From: Chloroflexota bacterium
GTDB lineage: Bacteria > Chloroflexota > UBA11872 > VXNJ01
Reading direction: 5' to 3'
NCBI GenBank assembly: GCA_965261345.1
Contig: OZ253449.1
Span: forward strand, 2,272,001 to 2,336,000
Length of the DNA: 64,000 nucleotides
This document shows positions 20,528 through 31,173 of the stretch, one piece after another; the stretch's first letter is position 1; every line of letters begins with the position of its first letter. Under the pieces are notes generated by a model, which saw only the letters and a list, made by a program, of their open reading frames with translations, made no database searches and had not been told where the DNA came from. The position numbers were made by a program, and so were the translations under genes.

Positions 20528-20895
20528 CGAGGCCACCAGATTAATCCCGGAGCGGTGCGGCATTCGATCGAAGACGACGCAGCCGGTTGGCGCGGCATGG
20601 AAAAGAACCTGTCCGGCAGACCGCATCTCGAGTAGGGGGATTCCTTCTAGCGGCGCAGCAGGATGCGCGCAGACGGGTTCACCAACGAATTCGGGCCCGT
20701 GGGTCAAAGTCCAACGGGCAGATCGTCTCGGGCGTGGAAATTGACCTGTGCAGATACTGCAAAGTCGGAAGGCATAGTTGCGATTGGGCGGGATTGGCTA
20801 AGTGCCGGCAACGATGGGTTGGCCGCCCGGATTCGGGACGTGCCCGGCACACCCATAAATGTCCGAATTAATCGCCGCGGACGAGCCCTTAGCAG

Positions 20896-22365
20896 TTACT
20901 GGTAAATGATCAGGTCCGGTGTGCGTTCGAGCGCCTGAACCTGTTCTGGTGTCATCACCGGCGTGTCTTGATCAAAGAACAGTTTTAAGGCCGGCCGTTC
21001 CGACGGCGGGGTCAGCGAATACCAATCGTAATGGCGCAGCTTTAAGGCAGCGCTGCCAAATCCATCCATGTCGATTGACAATTCGACGCCATCGACATCC
21101 TCAACGTCTGCTCGGTTCTCGATCATGTGGGCCGCAAATTGATGCAACATCAAGATCTTGGGTGGGATGCCTTCAGCTTGGGCCAGCGTTGCCAGATAGC
21201 GCTGTACGGAATTAATATCCTGCGCGCCGATTCCGCCAATTACCAGCCCCGGGCGCACGCCCCTGGACCGGGTTGCAAATTCGGGGTCGAGCGCCACGTG
21301 CACGAACGGCTCACGCAGGAACGGTTCGAGGAGTTGCACTTCCCGCAGCGGGTCGCTCCACCCGATCTGTATGTCTAAGAAAATCAGCATCCCGCGCGCG
21401 CGCGCCGTCTCCACGAAGGTTGCAATGCGCTCGCCCGATAGGCGATAGAGCCAAGTCCCGTCTGACGTAGGATGTGCCTGCGCCACGCCAGTGATCAGGT
21501 GAAAGGCGGGGATCACCTCGCGCGGACCGTTGAGGGCGTCGTAGCGATCCGCCCACAGCGCGATTTCATCGGCGATGACGGCAGGCGACGCGTGCCCTAG
21601 CACGCCCATGGCCGGAACACCCGGATGACCGTAAAACGAAACCACCTGGGCGGTGTCAAGCACCGAACGCTGGGAGAGCGGTCGAGGGAATGTCCAGGCT
21701 CTCTCAGCATTGGAAATCAGGAGGTAGCTTCGACCGGGCACGAGTTGCGACAAGCCCCGCAAACCCAGGGGAACGATGTCCCCCCAACCCTTGATCGGCG
21801 GCGACTCACCCGGAACCAGCGACCATGCAACCAACCCCGGCACGGTGCCGTCCGGCCCGCGTGCCCAATCCAGCCAACCTAGCGCCGGGCCAGCGAACGC
21901 CTCGCGTAATCCGACCTCGGGACCGGTCCAGCGCACCCAGGTTGATCCCTGTTTGAGCATGAGATCACACTGCGGAACGGAACTGAGCCCGGTGATGGGC
22001 ACCGACGCTGACCAACCCAGCGATTCCGACGTGATCTCAACATTGGCTTCTTGAGAATGGCAGAGGTAGGCACGCTTATTGGCAAGTAGTCGAGGAGCCT
22101 GCGCGCCGACGTAATGTCGGGAGATTTGATCCCCGGGCGTGCGCACCGTCACCAGGGTGGGCTGATCACACGCGATCTCTATCGACAAAGGCGTACTCAG
22201 CGCGGCGCCGGATGCAAGTGCGGTCCCAGCTGGACCGTAAGCGGCGGTCGCGGAGACCTGGCATGGTCCGGCGGCAGCGGTAGAACTGGCCCCGACGAAT
22301 GTGGCCAGGAGTGCCCCGCAGCAGCCCAGCAGAATCCAGGCCCGCGGGCGGGGCAATTTATTCAT
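20896..22365 (-). CDS. Secreted hypothetical protein with a C-terminal conserved TIM-barrel-like domain
   Basis: Signal peptide; VSFYGHP, FLDIQIG, HVALDPEF, LMLHQF, DMDGFG, KLFFDQD and PDLIIYQ motifs of a widespread uncharacterised lipoprotein family. Confidence 0.75.
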   Translation of the reverse strand: MNKLPRPRAWILLGCCGALLATFVGASSTAAAGPCQVSATAAYGPAGTALASGAALSTPLSIEIACDQPTLVTVRTPGDQISRHYVGAQAPRLLANKRAYLCHSQEANVEITSESLGWSASVPITGLSSVPQCDLMLKQGSTWVRWTGPEVGLREAFAGPALGWLDWARGPDGTVPGLVAWSLVPGESPPIKGWGDIVPLGLRGLSQLVPGRSYLLISNAERAWTFPRPLSQRSVLDTAQVVSFYGHPGVPAMGVLGHASPAVIADEIALWADRYDALNGPREVIPAFHLITGVAQAHPTSDGTWLYRLSGERIATFVETARARGMLIFLDIQIGWSDPLREVQLLEPFLREPFVHVALDPEFATRSRGVRPGLVIGGIGAQDINSVQRYLATLAQAEGIPPKILMLHQFAAHMIENRADVEDVDGVELSIDMDGFGSAALKLRHYDWYSLTPPSERPALKLFFDQDTPVMTPEQVQALERTPDLIIYQ

Positions 22366-22968
22366 TCAAGATCAATCGCGGGCAGAGGGGCAACGACTCC
22401 ATTTTGCCCGGCGAGTGGTCCCGGCAGCGATTTTCGGGCCCTCGAATCAGTCAAATTTATGCAATATGTTGGCCCGCGGCCAGAAATAATGACATTGACC
22501 CACAACCGATAGCGTACCGGCCCTCGATCATAAGTCGCGCAAATGCGACCCAACATGGCGATTGCAATCATCGCCTTGTGCAGGAAGTTCAGAATGCGCA
22601 GCGCGCCCGACGATCTCTAATAACGCGGGTTGGCGGCCCGAAAATTCGGCTCGGAATTCATTTGGCCGAAGGCCCGGTCCGTGGCGGCGGGGCAATGTTC
22701 GGACAGCACAACCCGGCCTCCCCCGGGAGCGTTTGTGCTTGGCCGGGTGACGATGTGTTTAAAAGCACGGTCGATTACTGCGGCAGGAGTGCGGTGAGTT
22801 CGCCGGCGGGGGAGATTTTTCGGATCCAGATCCCGCAAGCGAGACTGCCGTTCGGTGAGCAACCCTTGATGCATTTGCGGCTTTCGAGCCGTCTGCCGGA
22901 TCGCTAGATTACAGATCTACGTTCATTGCGCAAACCTTTTTTGCATGTGTCGCCCAAAGGGCCGTGAA

Positions 22969-23397
22969 ATGTCTAACAACAAGACTCAAAAAACCGGCGC
23001 AAGCGTATCAGAGTTCCTTCAAGCGGTGGACAATCCTCGGCGTCGTGAGGATGGATTTGCGATCTTGGAGATGATGCGCCAAATCACCGGATTGGAACCG
23101 GAGATGTGGGGCCCTAGCATCATCGGGTTCGGTGACTATCACTACCAGTACGCGTCGGGCCGCGAGGGCGACATATTCCTGGTCGGATTTGCGCCGCGGA
23201 AGCAGAATCTGTCGCTTTACCTAGAGTCCGGGTTCGAGGAGCACGAGCGGTTGTTGGCCAAGCTCGGCAAGCACCGCCGGAGCGTCGCCTGTCTTTACAT
23301 AAACAAATTGGCGGACTTGGACTTGGACGTTCTGCGGGAATTGATCGACGAATCTTTCAAGCGCTCCAAAGCCGACCTTGAGACACCATCGCCGTAA
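22969..23397 (+). CDS. DUF1801 (YdhG-like) protein
   Basis: PEMWGPSIIGFGDYHYQYASGREGD, GFAPRKQNLSLY, CLYINKL. Confidence 0.9.
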   Translation: MSNNKTQKTGASVSEFLQAVDNPRRREDGFAILEMMRQITGLEPEMWGPSIIGFGDYHYQYASGREGDIFLVGFAPRKQNLSLYLESGFEEHERLLAKLGKHRRSVACLYINKLADLDLDVLRELIDESFKRSKADLETPSP

Positions 23398-23702
23398 TTT
23401 GGGGCCAAAACTGCGGGTATTTATTCGACTTGCGGTTGCTGTGGTCGTGCCCACACCCTTAAAGGACTGAAGCTAATAAACTGCATCCATTGCCGACGGG
23501 AATGTCGGTGAACCGGGCCCATCGGTGGTGGGGTGGCAATAAAGTTTGTGGTCCACACGTAGGAGGAGAAAATTTGGCGGCGGCGGTGCGGGCAGAATCG
23601 GCTTGGAGCTAGATTTCTGGCGGGCGGGGCCAATGAACTATTGCGCTGAAATTTGCAATCTTTCGAACGAGGAGCTTTAACAACCTGAGGGGAAACGAAG
23701 CG

Positions 23703-24098
23703 ATGGGGTATGCAATCAACCACGTACACATTCGCGCATTGGAACCAAACGCCTCGGCTGCCTGGTACGAAAAACACTTCGGGGCCAAGGTGCTCTCGGC
23801 ACGCGAAGTCATGCCCGGTACGATCACCATCATCATGGAGTTGGAGGGGCCTGTCCGGCTCAACATATCCTCCCAAAAGGAAGGGTCGCCCCGGGACAGG
23901 CCGGCAGCTGAGTTGAACCGGTTGGGTTTGGAGCATTTCGGCTTTGCGGTAGACGATATCGATTCGGACATGGAGCGGTTTGAGGCTGCCGGCGTCCGGG
24001 TGGTTTTGCCGATAACCCAGGTCTCCGGTGGGATCCGGTTGGCATACATCGAAGGCCCCGACAACGTGTTGATAGAACTGGTGCAGCAGAGGTCGTAG
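23703..24098 (+). CDS. VOC/glyoxalase family protein
   Basis: NHVHIR, EHFGFAVDD, AYIEGPDNVLIELVQ. Confidence 0.9.
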   Translation: MGYAINHVHIRALEPNASAAWYEKHFGAKVLSAREVMPGTITIIMELEGPVRLNISSQKEGSPRDRPAAELNRLGLEHFGFAVDDIDSDMERFEAAGVRVVLPITQVSGGIRLAYIEGPDNVLIELVQQRS

Positions 24099-24271
24099 CG
24101 ACAATTTGACCTCGATGAACCATATCGATTGCCGAAACGGGCAACCGGGCGGGATGGACGGGCACTGCTAATAACGTGCGGTGCCGGCATCGACTGAGAG
24201 ATTGCTTGCTTGCAAAGTGAACGCTTCCACGACGGCAAGTTCAAGGCAGCCCCGATATCCTCTCACTTATC

Positions 24272-24500
24272 AAGTTAGAAATGAATGCTTGATCCCGCTC
24301 CCGCTCCGGCAAAGGCCCCAGCGGCGGTCGGGCGGGCTCCCGGCCTGCTCGCATGTGTTCCCTGGGTAATCGTTGAAGGCCCAGGAGCGCGGGCGCCAGC
24401 CGAATCCGCGGCGGCTGGATGTTGATGAGCACCCTGCCCTCGGACAACTCCCAAACCTAAACGCCGGGCCGGTATCGTATTGGCCTCCACGGCCGGCCCA
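24272..24500 (-). pseudogene. Possible phytanoyl-CoA dioxygenase C-terminal remnant
   Basis: Fragmented frames (LSEGRVLINI...FNDYP...PLG) weakly resemble PhyH C-termini. Confidence 0.2.
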
Positions 24501-24768
24501 TTTCGTCTGAACGAAAGCCGGTGAAAACGAAACCTACCCGTCCTTGCCCCCAGATGTGATGCGGCCGCCACTGGAGGGCGGCCCTACCGGGCAACCGGTC
24601 CGACCGGATTCATCTAGCGCCCAGGGCCGCCATTTCTCGGCAATCTCGCTGCCGACTTTCCTTCAATAGGAACCGGCTTTTTTGTGGCTCACGGGGCAAG
24701 GCGCGGCTTGCTAGCATTCCGTCTATCGTCACATCTCCCCGGGTCGGGAAGAAAAGAAGTTCGGGCAC

Positions 24769-25860
24769 ATGCAATCAATCAGGGGCGCCGTCCTCTACGA
24801 GTACAACACCCCGGTGGTGGTCGAGGACATGCTGTTGGGCGATCCCGGCAACGGCGAAGTGCTAGTTGAGATGAAGGCGAGCGGGGTCTGTCACTCAGAC
24901 TGGCATGTGGTCAAGGGGGAGTGGTGGGACGTTCCAATCCCGGGGATCCTCGGCCATGAGGGAGCTGGCGTGGTTAGATCTGTCGGTGCCGGCGTCACCA
25001 ATGTATCCGAAGGTGACCACGTGATCCTATCGTGGATGCCAAGTTGCGGCCTGTGCGAGGCGTGCCAGATCGGGAGACCGAATGTGTGCTACCGCCAGCC
25101 CCGGAGCACAGCTACTGCCCATGTGGGCCGGACCGGACAAGACATCCCATTCCTGGACGGACTTGGAACGATGTGCACCCATTCGATCGTCAGTGAGATG
25201 TCGGCAGTGCCGATCGACAAGTCGATGCCCTTCGCTCAGGCGTCGCTCGTCGGGTGCGGCGTAACGACCGGAGTGGGCGCTGCGATCAACACGGCGCAGG
25301 TGCAGCCCGGTTCGAGCGTCGCAGTCTTTGGAGCTGGCGGCGTGGGCCTCAACGTCATCCAGGGGGCGTCGATCGCCGGGGCAACGATGATTATTTCCGT
25401 CGACCTGCTCGACAACAAGCTTGAGCTCGCAAAGCAGTTCGGGGCCACACACACGGTCAACGCGGGTGATTGCGACCCGGTCCAGGCCATTAGGGATCTA
25501 ACCGGCGGCTTGGGCGTACATTACGCATTCGAGGCGATCGGGCTGGTGGCTAAGCCCTTCGTCCAGGCCATTCACGCGACGCGCAATCGGGGGGTGACCG
25601 TTTGGGTGGGGCACGCCCCGCTGGAAACTCCGGTGACCCTGGACGCGCGCGACCTGATGTGGGAAAAGACGGTGATCGGATCGATGTACGGCAGTGCCCG
25701 CCCGCACATCGACTTTCCACGAATGGTCGCCCTTTACCAGAACGGCCGGTTAAAACTTGACGAACTGATCACCCGAACGTTCCCGGTCGAGGATGTCAAC
25801 GAAGCCTTCAAGGTGCTGGGCGAAGGCAAGGTAGCCCGCAGCGTCCTGACCTTTGACTGA
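24769..25860 (+). CDS. Zn-dependent alcohol dehydrogenase (class III-like)
   Basis: GVCHSD, GHEGAG, CGLCEAC...C structural Zn site, GCGVTTG, GAGGVG. Confidence 0.93.
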   Translation: MQSIRGAVLYEYNTPVVVEDMLLGDPGNGEVLVEMKASGVCHSDWHVVKGEWWDVPIPGILGHEGAGVVRSVGAGVTNVSEGDHVILSWMPSCGLCEACQIGRPNVCYRQPRSTATAHVGRTGQDIPFLDGLGTMCTHSIVSEMSAVPIDKSMPFAQASLVGCGVTTGVGAAINTAQVQPGSSVAVFGAGGVGLNVIQGASIAGATMIISVDLLDNKLELAKQFGATHTVNAGDCDPVQAIRDLTGGLGVHYAFEAIGLVAKPFVQAIHATRNRGVTVWVGHAPLETPVTLDARDLMWEKTVIGSMYGSARPHIDFPRMVALYQNGRLKLDELITRTFPVEDVNEAFKVLGEGKVARSVLTFD

Positions 25861-26235
25861 CCAGGTGACATTCGGAAAATTGGTCGTACCTGTTAGTCAT
25901 GGTGCCGGCGTGTCGATCGCCAAAGCTCGGCGCGAAGTCAAATGACCTTTGCAGGGCCGGGCTGCCTCCGCTATTGGCACGGGCTGATGTCGGCGGCGCC
26001 GGCGCCGCCTAAGCATTGAATTCCTCTGCCACCCCGGCGGCGAAGCCAGTCTCCCTAGCCTCGAGAAACTGGCAACGAGACCTGGGTTGATAATTCGCGA
26101 ACCAATTTCCATATAAAGAGCCAGTGCCATCGCCGCGAAAAATTTGTCCGCCGCCCAGAGAATTAGCGGTTTCCGGGCCCAGCTAAAGGGCAATTTAAGG
26201 TACCCGCCAATGACTATGCGGCGTGGTCGCCGGCT

Positions 26236-27441
26236 ATGAGCGATCGAATTGAGGTCTTTTCCCGATGCCAGATTGTGGTGTTTTGCTTGCTGGCGGCCCT
26301 CGCGTTGACGCTAACAGCTTGCGACGCGGAGGAAGCATATCAAAAACCGTATCGGATTGGAGTTATGGAATCGCTCACTGGCGCCGGCGAAACCTACGGC
26401 ACGGTGGCGGTGCAGGCCAAGAAATTGGCCGTGGAAGAAATCAACTCCGCCGGCGGCATTAACGGGCGCATGCTCGAACTCGTGGTTGAGGACTCCAAAT
26501 GCAACGCTCAGGATGCGATTAGCGCGTACCGCAAGCTCGCTGATGTGGATGACGTAAAGATCATCCTTGGAACTTCTTGCAGCGGCGCAATGCTCGGAGT
26601 TGCTCCGCTTGCCGAAGCCGACGGGGTGGTCCTGTTCTCGGGTCTGGCAAGCAATCCCGACATCGCCCACGCCGGCGACTATATCTTTCGAACCCAGATA
26701 AGTGACGTAGAGGTTGGGGTAAGCACCGGCAATTTGCTGTGGACGGATGGCATCCGCGCACTGGCTACGATTTCCGCAGAAACCGATTACGCCGACGGTG
26801 TGCGGCGCGGCGCGGTGGCGCAATTTGAGGCGAACGGGGGAACCGTCGTTGCGTCAGAGCGCTTCGTTCCTGATTCCATCGATTTCCGCTCACAACTGAC
26901 CAAACTTTTTGAAGCCAATCCGGACGCGCTATACATTGCGCCGCAGTCCGAGTTTGCAGCCGGAACCATCGTAAACCAGGCACGCGAATTGGGCTACACG
27001 GGACCGATTTACGGCGAAACGATAACGGTCGGGGCGACCGCGCTGGATATAGCCGGTGACGCCGCAGCCGGGGTCAAGGCCATCACCGCCGCACCGGACC
27101 CTGATAACGCGGTGGCCCAAGATTTGCTGGCCAGATTTCGAGAGCGATACGACTACGTAACGCTGCCCTGGCATCTCGGATCCGCCTACGACACAATTCA
27201 CATCGCCGCCGAATGCCTAAGGCGGACCGCGTCCGATCAGGATGCCGACGGATTTCGCGATTGCCTTTACGAGATCACCTGGAGCGGCGCAATCGGTCAC
27301 GGATACAGCTTTGACCACGACGGCGAGGTGGTGGGGCTTTCGCGGGCAGTGGTGGAGGTTTTGCCATCGGATGAGCGGACGGAGGAGAACTTCGGATATC
27401 GGGTTCTTGGCAGCGCCGCGGAGATCGCTCCCTCAAATTGA
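26236..27441 (+). CDS. Branched-chain amino acid-type ABC transporter substrate-binding lipoprotein (orphan)
   Basis: Lipobox LTAC, EINSAGGINGR, VEDSKC, DFRSQLTK, AYD; no adjacent permease. Confidence 0.88.
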   Translation: MSDRIEVFSRCQIVVFCLLAALALTLTACDAEEAYQKPYRIGVMESLTGAGETYGTVAVQAKKLAVEEINSAGGINGRMLELVVEDSKCNAQDAISAYRKLADVDDVKIILGTSCSGAMLGVAPLAEADGVVLFSGLASNPDIAHAGDYIFRTQISDVEVGVSTGNLLWTDGIRALATISAETDYADGVRRGAVAQFEANGGTVVASERFVPDSIDFRSQLTKLFEANPDALYIAPQSEFAAGTIVNQARELGYTGPIYGETITVGATALDIAGDAAAGVKAITAAPDPDNAVAQDLLARFRERYDYVTLPWHLGSAYDTIHIAAECLRRTASDQDADGFRDCLYEITWSGAIGHGYSFDHDGEVVGLSRAVVEVLPSDERTEENFGYRVLGSAAEIAPSN

Positions 27442-27839
27442 GGGCCCACACCAGGGTGGCAACGTTCGCAGCGCACGTGTCCCCGATTTTCCGGCCGTGT
27501 CCGCCCTACGACGTCGAACCCAATTGCGGGCGCGGCCGCGATGAGAACACTTGCCAGCGGCTCAGCCCCACCCTGCCAAATCGGAGCGTCGGCCTCGCCC
27601 CCAACCGGCGCTGGCACCTGGCGTCCACGCTTACCGATTACGCGGCCTAAAAACCGATCGCCGTCGCCGTCCTTGCTAGAACCTGAATTGGTGCATCCGT
27701 GGCCGCCCGAGTATTTAGCTTCGGGCTAAAACACACGTCAAACCGCCTTTCATCCGGCGGCAATTGTGATCGGTCGTTGGATCGTCAGGATCGGCTAGGC
27801 CAGGACGCGACGGATGGATTCGAAGCGGCGTCGAAAGGA

Positions 27840-28270
27840 AGATTCAGCAACCGGTGTCTTTGAACGATCGAACCTGTGAGTGGCTCCCGCGGAGATTGCA
27901 ACCTCGGCGTGGTTGTCGGCACCAATCCAGCGCGCGTGCACAAATAGGGTGCCATCTAGCAAAGAATCGGCGGTACCGTAGCTAAACAGCGCCAGCGGCA
28001 ATGACCTTGCGCAATCGAGCAACGCCACTGGAGACGGCTGATTCGGTTGCGAATCGAGCCTCGGTGAGGCGAGCAATGACCTGGGCCGTTGAGGTGTTCC
28101 CGCTGCCCGATGGTCCCCAGAGGATGCAAGAGGGAAGCGAATCGGCCTCAATCGCGCGGACGCGAGCGTGGGGCGGCAATACACTGGGGATCGTGGATTG
28201 GACCGCGGATCGGCGCGCGTCGTCTTACGGATGGGGCCGCAGTCGAGCCCGGGTAAAACGGCCTTCCAAA
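27840..28270 (-). pseudogene. rarA: Replication-associated recombination protein A (RarA/MgsA) remnant
   Basis: RAIEADSLPSCILWGPSGSGNTSTAQVIA...SAVSSGVARLRKVI with a degenerate Walker A (GK to GN), then ...THRFDRS; frameshifted and truncated. Confidence 0.75.
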
Positions 28271-28330
28271 CTCCTCTGGAATCGTCCCGCCGGGTCGGTG
28301 GCGGTCGGTATCGATAAAGGTGTGAACACA

Positions 28331-29068
28331 ATGCGGCTAAGTGGCAAATCGGTGATCGTAACTGGCGCCGGACGAGGGATAGGGCGGGCGATCGCGCTCG
28401 CTTGCGCGCGCGAGGGCGCCAGCGTGTGTTGTGCGGCAAGGACGAAGTCCCAGGTCGAAGCGGCCCTGGCCGACATCGAAGCCGGCGGCGGAAGGGGCCT
28501 GGCGATGGCCACTGACGTGACCAACTGGGATTCGGTCAACGCAATGGTTAACGCGACGGTCGCCGAATTCGGAGGCCTGGACATCGCATTCCTAAATGCC
28601 GGTGTGCTGCTTGACGGCGGGCGCACCCTGGAGGAGAGCGTCATTGAGGACTGGCGCCTGACGATCGAGGTCAACCTGATCGGTGCCTACCTTTGCGCCA
28701 AGGCTGTCATCCCGGCACTTAAAGCGCGCGGCGAGGGGAAGATCATCTTCACCGGCTCCGGCAACGGCCACCACGGGCGCGTACGGGGTTCTTCCTACGG
28801 GGCCTCCAAGGCGGGGTTATGGATGGTCGCGCGCACCCTTTCGCAGGAACTGCTCGAAGACAGCATCGACGTCAACGAGATCGTTCCCGGTCCGGTTTAT
28901 ACGGAGTTAACGCGCGAGTTGCAATTCGACCCGGCCACCCGATTCGCGGCCACCGGCGAATGGGCCAAACAACCCGATGAGCTGGTCGACGTGGCGCTTT
29001 TCCTGGCCACTCAGCCCAACCCCGGACCCACCGGGCAGTCATTTAGCTTGCTTCGGCGCGAACTCTAG
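28331..29068 (+). CDS. Short-chain dehydrogenase/reductase
   Basis: TGAGRGIG, NAG, YGASK, PGPVYT. Confidence 0.9.
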   Translation: MRLSGKSVIVTGAGRGIGRAIALACAREGASVCCAARTKSQVEAALADIEAGGGRGLAMATDVTNWDSVNAMVNATVAEFGGLDIAFLNAGVLLDGGRTLEESVIEDWRLTIEVNLIGAYLCAKAVIPALKARGEGKIIFTGSGNGHHGRVRGSSYGASKAGLWMVARTLSQELLEDSIDVNEIVPGPVYTELTRELQFDPATRFAATGEWAKQPDELVDVALFLATQPNPGPTGQSFSLLRREL

Positions 29069-29119
29069 GCCATCCTGTTGAGTTAACGAGCGCATCCACT
29101 GCCCGAGTGGTCAATCCGC

Positions 29120-29480
29120 TTCATCCTGGGCTTCGCCGCGCGCCTTCCGCGCGGCGATTACACATGTCTGTCCTACCGCTCTAACGGTCGGTTAATGTGC
29201 TGCCAAGTAGCGAGTGACCGCGATCAAGAAATGTCCGCCCTCGTGGCAGGCCTCCGACTGCCGGAACTGGCGAACCGCGGCCTCGTACACCTGGAGCGAG
29301 TGAATGCCAGCGTCCTCGCGCAGCAAGGCATAGCCCAGCGTTGCGATAACCTCGTCGGCTCGTCCGGCCTCGAGCATGTCGGCCACCAGCTGCCCGGCCC
29401 TTATCGACCCCGTATCCGCAGGTCAACGGACAAAAGTCGGGGCCTACTCGTGCCCGCGATCCGGCTTCGCAGTAGCGGGC
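29120..29480 (-). pseudogene. C-terminal remnant of a Rieske-domain-associated helical protein
   Basis: IATLGYALLREDAGIHSLQVYEAAVRQF...LIAVTRYLAAH motif; the rest is decayed. Confidence 0.55.
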
Positions 29481-29502
29481 GCGACCGGGCGCGCTTTGAT
29501 CA

Positions 29503-31173
29503 CTAACTGACCGTGACTCGTGCACCCTCTTTTGCGCGGGCGAGCTTAGCCATCTCAAGCGCAAACCACATGGCCATGGCCCCGCCGCGGTCATCGAACC
29601 CCGAAACAGCGGGGCGGTCCAGATACTCCCTGACCGACGTCTGGGGACCGGTGCCTGCGCAAACATCCACCAAACGGCCGTCGTCAGCTATTGCCTCCGA
29701 CGCAGCGTTCCAACACCGATTCAGTCCTTCAGCATATGATTCGTCCAGCCAGCCGAGACGCACCCCGCGGGCCAGGGCGACCCCGAGCATGCAGGTCGCG
29801 CTCAATTCTTCGTACGAACCGGGAAAGTCTGTCAACTGCCGCTGTTTTCCCGAAGGCGCGGCGTGTGCAAGCAACGCTGCGAGATGAGTTCGGTGCGCCT
29901 CCACCAGAGCGGAACACACCGGTGAATTTGGCGCCAGGTACGTTAGCGCCTCGGCGTACCCGAGCGCTGCGAATCCGTTTCCCCGTCCCCATGGGAACAT
30001 CGCGCCCTGGCTGTGGTCGAACAACCCGTCCGGCCTTTGCACGCCTGACCGCAGACAACTGCGAAAGTACTTTTCCAGCAGCTGGCTGTAGCGGTTGTTA
30101 CCGGTTAAGCGATAGGCCTGCCCGAGCACGGTAGCAACGTAATACATGTCTTCGACGCGAAAATCAAAATCAGCCGGCGGAGGCGGAAATTGGTCGCCTG
30201 CATTCTTAAACGAGTCGGCTGCGGCGAGGAACAGTTTTCTCGCCTGTTCGTCGCCGCTAATGCGGGCCAAATCGCACGCCCACGTCAGGCCGGCGAGCGC
30301 GGCACCGTCGGGGCCTGAATCGATAAAAGAACCCGGATCGGCGAGCAGCGATTCCGCAATCTGGCGAATGCTCCCCGTAGGGTCGGCCGGCGTGACGCCT
30401 ATATCCCAGGCCACCAGCCGTCCACTAACAGAGACCCCTCGCGTGTAAACGACCGGATCGAGCGTGTAGCCGTAAGTCCCGATCAATATCTTCACCACGT
30501 CTGCGGGGCTGCGTTTCCTCCGGGCGACGAGGCAGCGCCGGGCGCCGGAAGGTTCGATCCCTTCTTTCAAGACCGAAAACAGTCGTTCGATATCGACCCC
30601 ACGCCCTCCTTCGGGAGCAGTAATCCTTATTCCGGGTATGGTTCCGGGGGCGTCGCCTGCGCCATTGCTCAAGGCCCCCAGCAGTGAGTCATCCTCGACT
30701 CCGAAGCCGGCCGCACCGAACCGCTCAGCCGTCTCGCGGTCTGTCGCCCGCCACTCGGTCGTTTCGCCGCTGCGGAGCTCCACGATCAAATCGGGCGCCA
30801 GGCATCCGGCCCATCGCCACAGATAGCGGGTGAGGGGGTCCGAACCATGGTCGAAAAACCCGTCACCAGGCGGGTAGGGTGCGGATCTGGGAGCGCCGGT
30901 TCGCAACACGCACGGCGTCGGTATGAGCGAGACGGCCGGAACGGAATCGGAATCGTTCCGCATCTGCCGGGCAACATCTGCCAGAGCGCCGGTGAACGCC
31001 TTCGCCGGAGTCTGGCCGGTAAGGTCGCCGAGGACCAAAATGCTGGTACGCTGAGTCTCGCGATCGTAGGCGGCCCGGTGAACAAGGACCTCGATAACCC
31101 GTCCGTCCCGATCCACGCCGCACGCGTCGCGAATCCAGGCATCCGGCACCATCGAAAAAATATTTTCAAGCAT
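29503..31173 (-). CDS. GH88/GH105-like unsaturated glycuronyl hydrolase with an extra N-terminal domain
   Basis: EDMYY, DGLFDH, WGRGNGFA, ELSATCM and VDVCAGTG in the C-terminal half; ~220-aa N-terminal extension. Confidence 0.8.
   Translation of the reverse strand: MLENIFSMVPDAWIRDACGVDRDGRVIEVLVHRAAYDRETQRTSILVLGDLTGQTPAKAFTGALADVARQMRNDSDSVPAVSLIPTPCVLRTGAPRSAPYPPGDGFFDHGSDPLTRYLWRWAGCLAPDLIVELRSGETTEWRATDRETAERFGAAGFGVEDDSLLGALSNGAGDAPGTIPGIRITAPEGGRGVDIERLFSVLKEGIEPSGARRCLVARRKRSPADVVKILIGTYGYTLDPVVYTRGVSVSGRLVAWDIGVTPADPTGSIRQIAESLLADPGSFIDSGPDGAALAGLTWACDLARISGDEQARKLFLAAADSFKNAGDQFPPPPADFDFRVEDMYYVATVLGQAYRLTGNNRYSQLLEKYFRSCLRSGVQRPDGLFDHSQGAMFPWGRGNGFAALGYAEALTYLAPNSPVCSALVEAHRTHLAALLAHAAPSGKQRQLTDFPGSYEELSATCMLGVALARGVRLGWLDESYAEGLNRCWNAASEAIADDGRLVDVCAGTGPQTSVREYLDRPAVSGFDDRGGAMAMWFALEMAKLARAKEGARVTVS

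Larger units (their letters stand above)
18165..20635 (+). pseudogene. Ankyrin-repeat protein interrupted near its 3' end by IS256
   Basis: ETPLHAA / ETPLHRAA / DSPLSWA repeats. Removing the IS and one TSD restores ...CYRGHQINPGAVRHSIEDDAAGWRGMEKNLSGRPHLE-stop at 20635. Confidence 0.88.
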
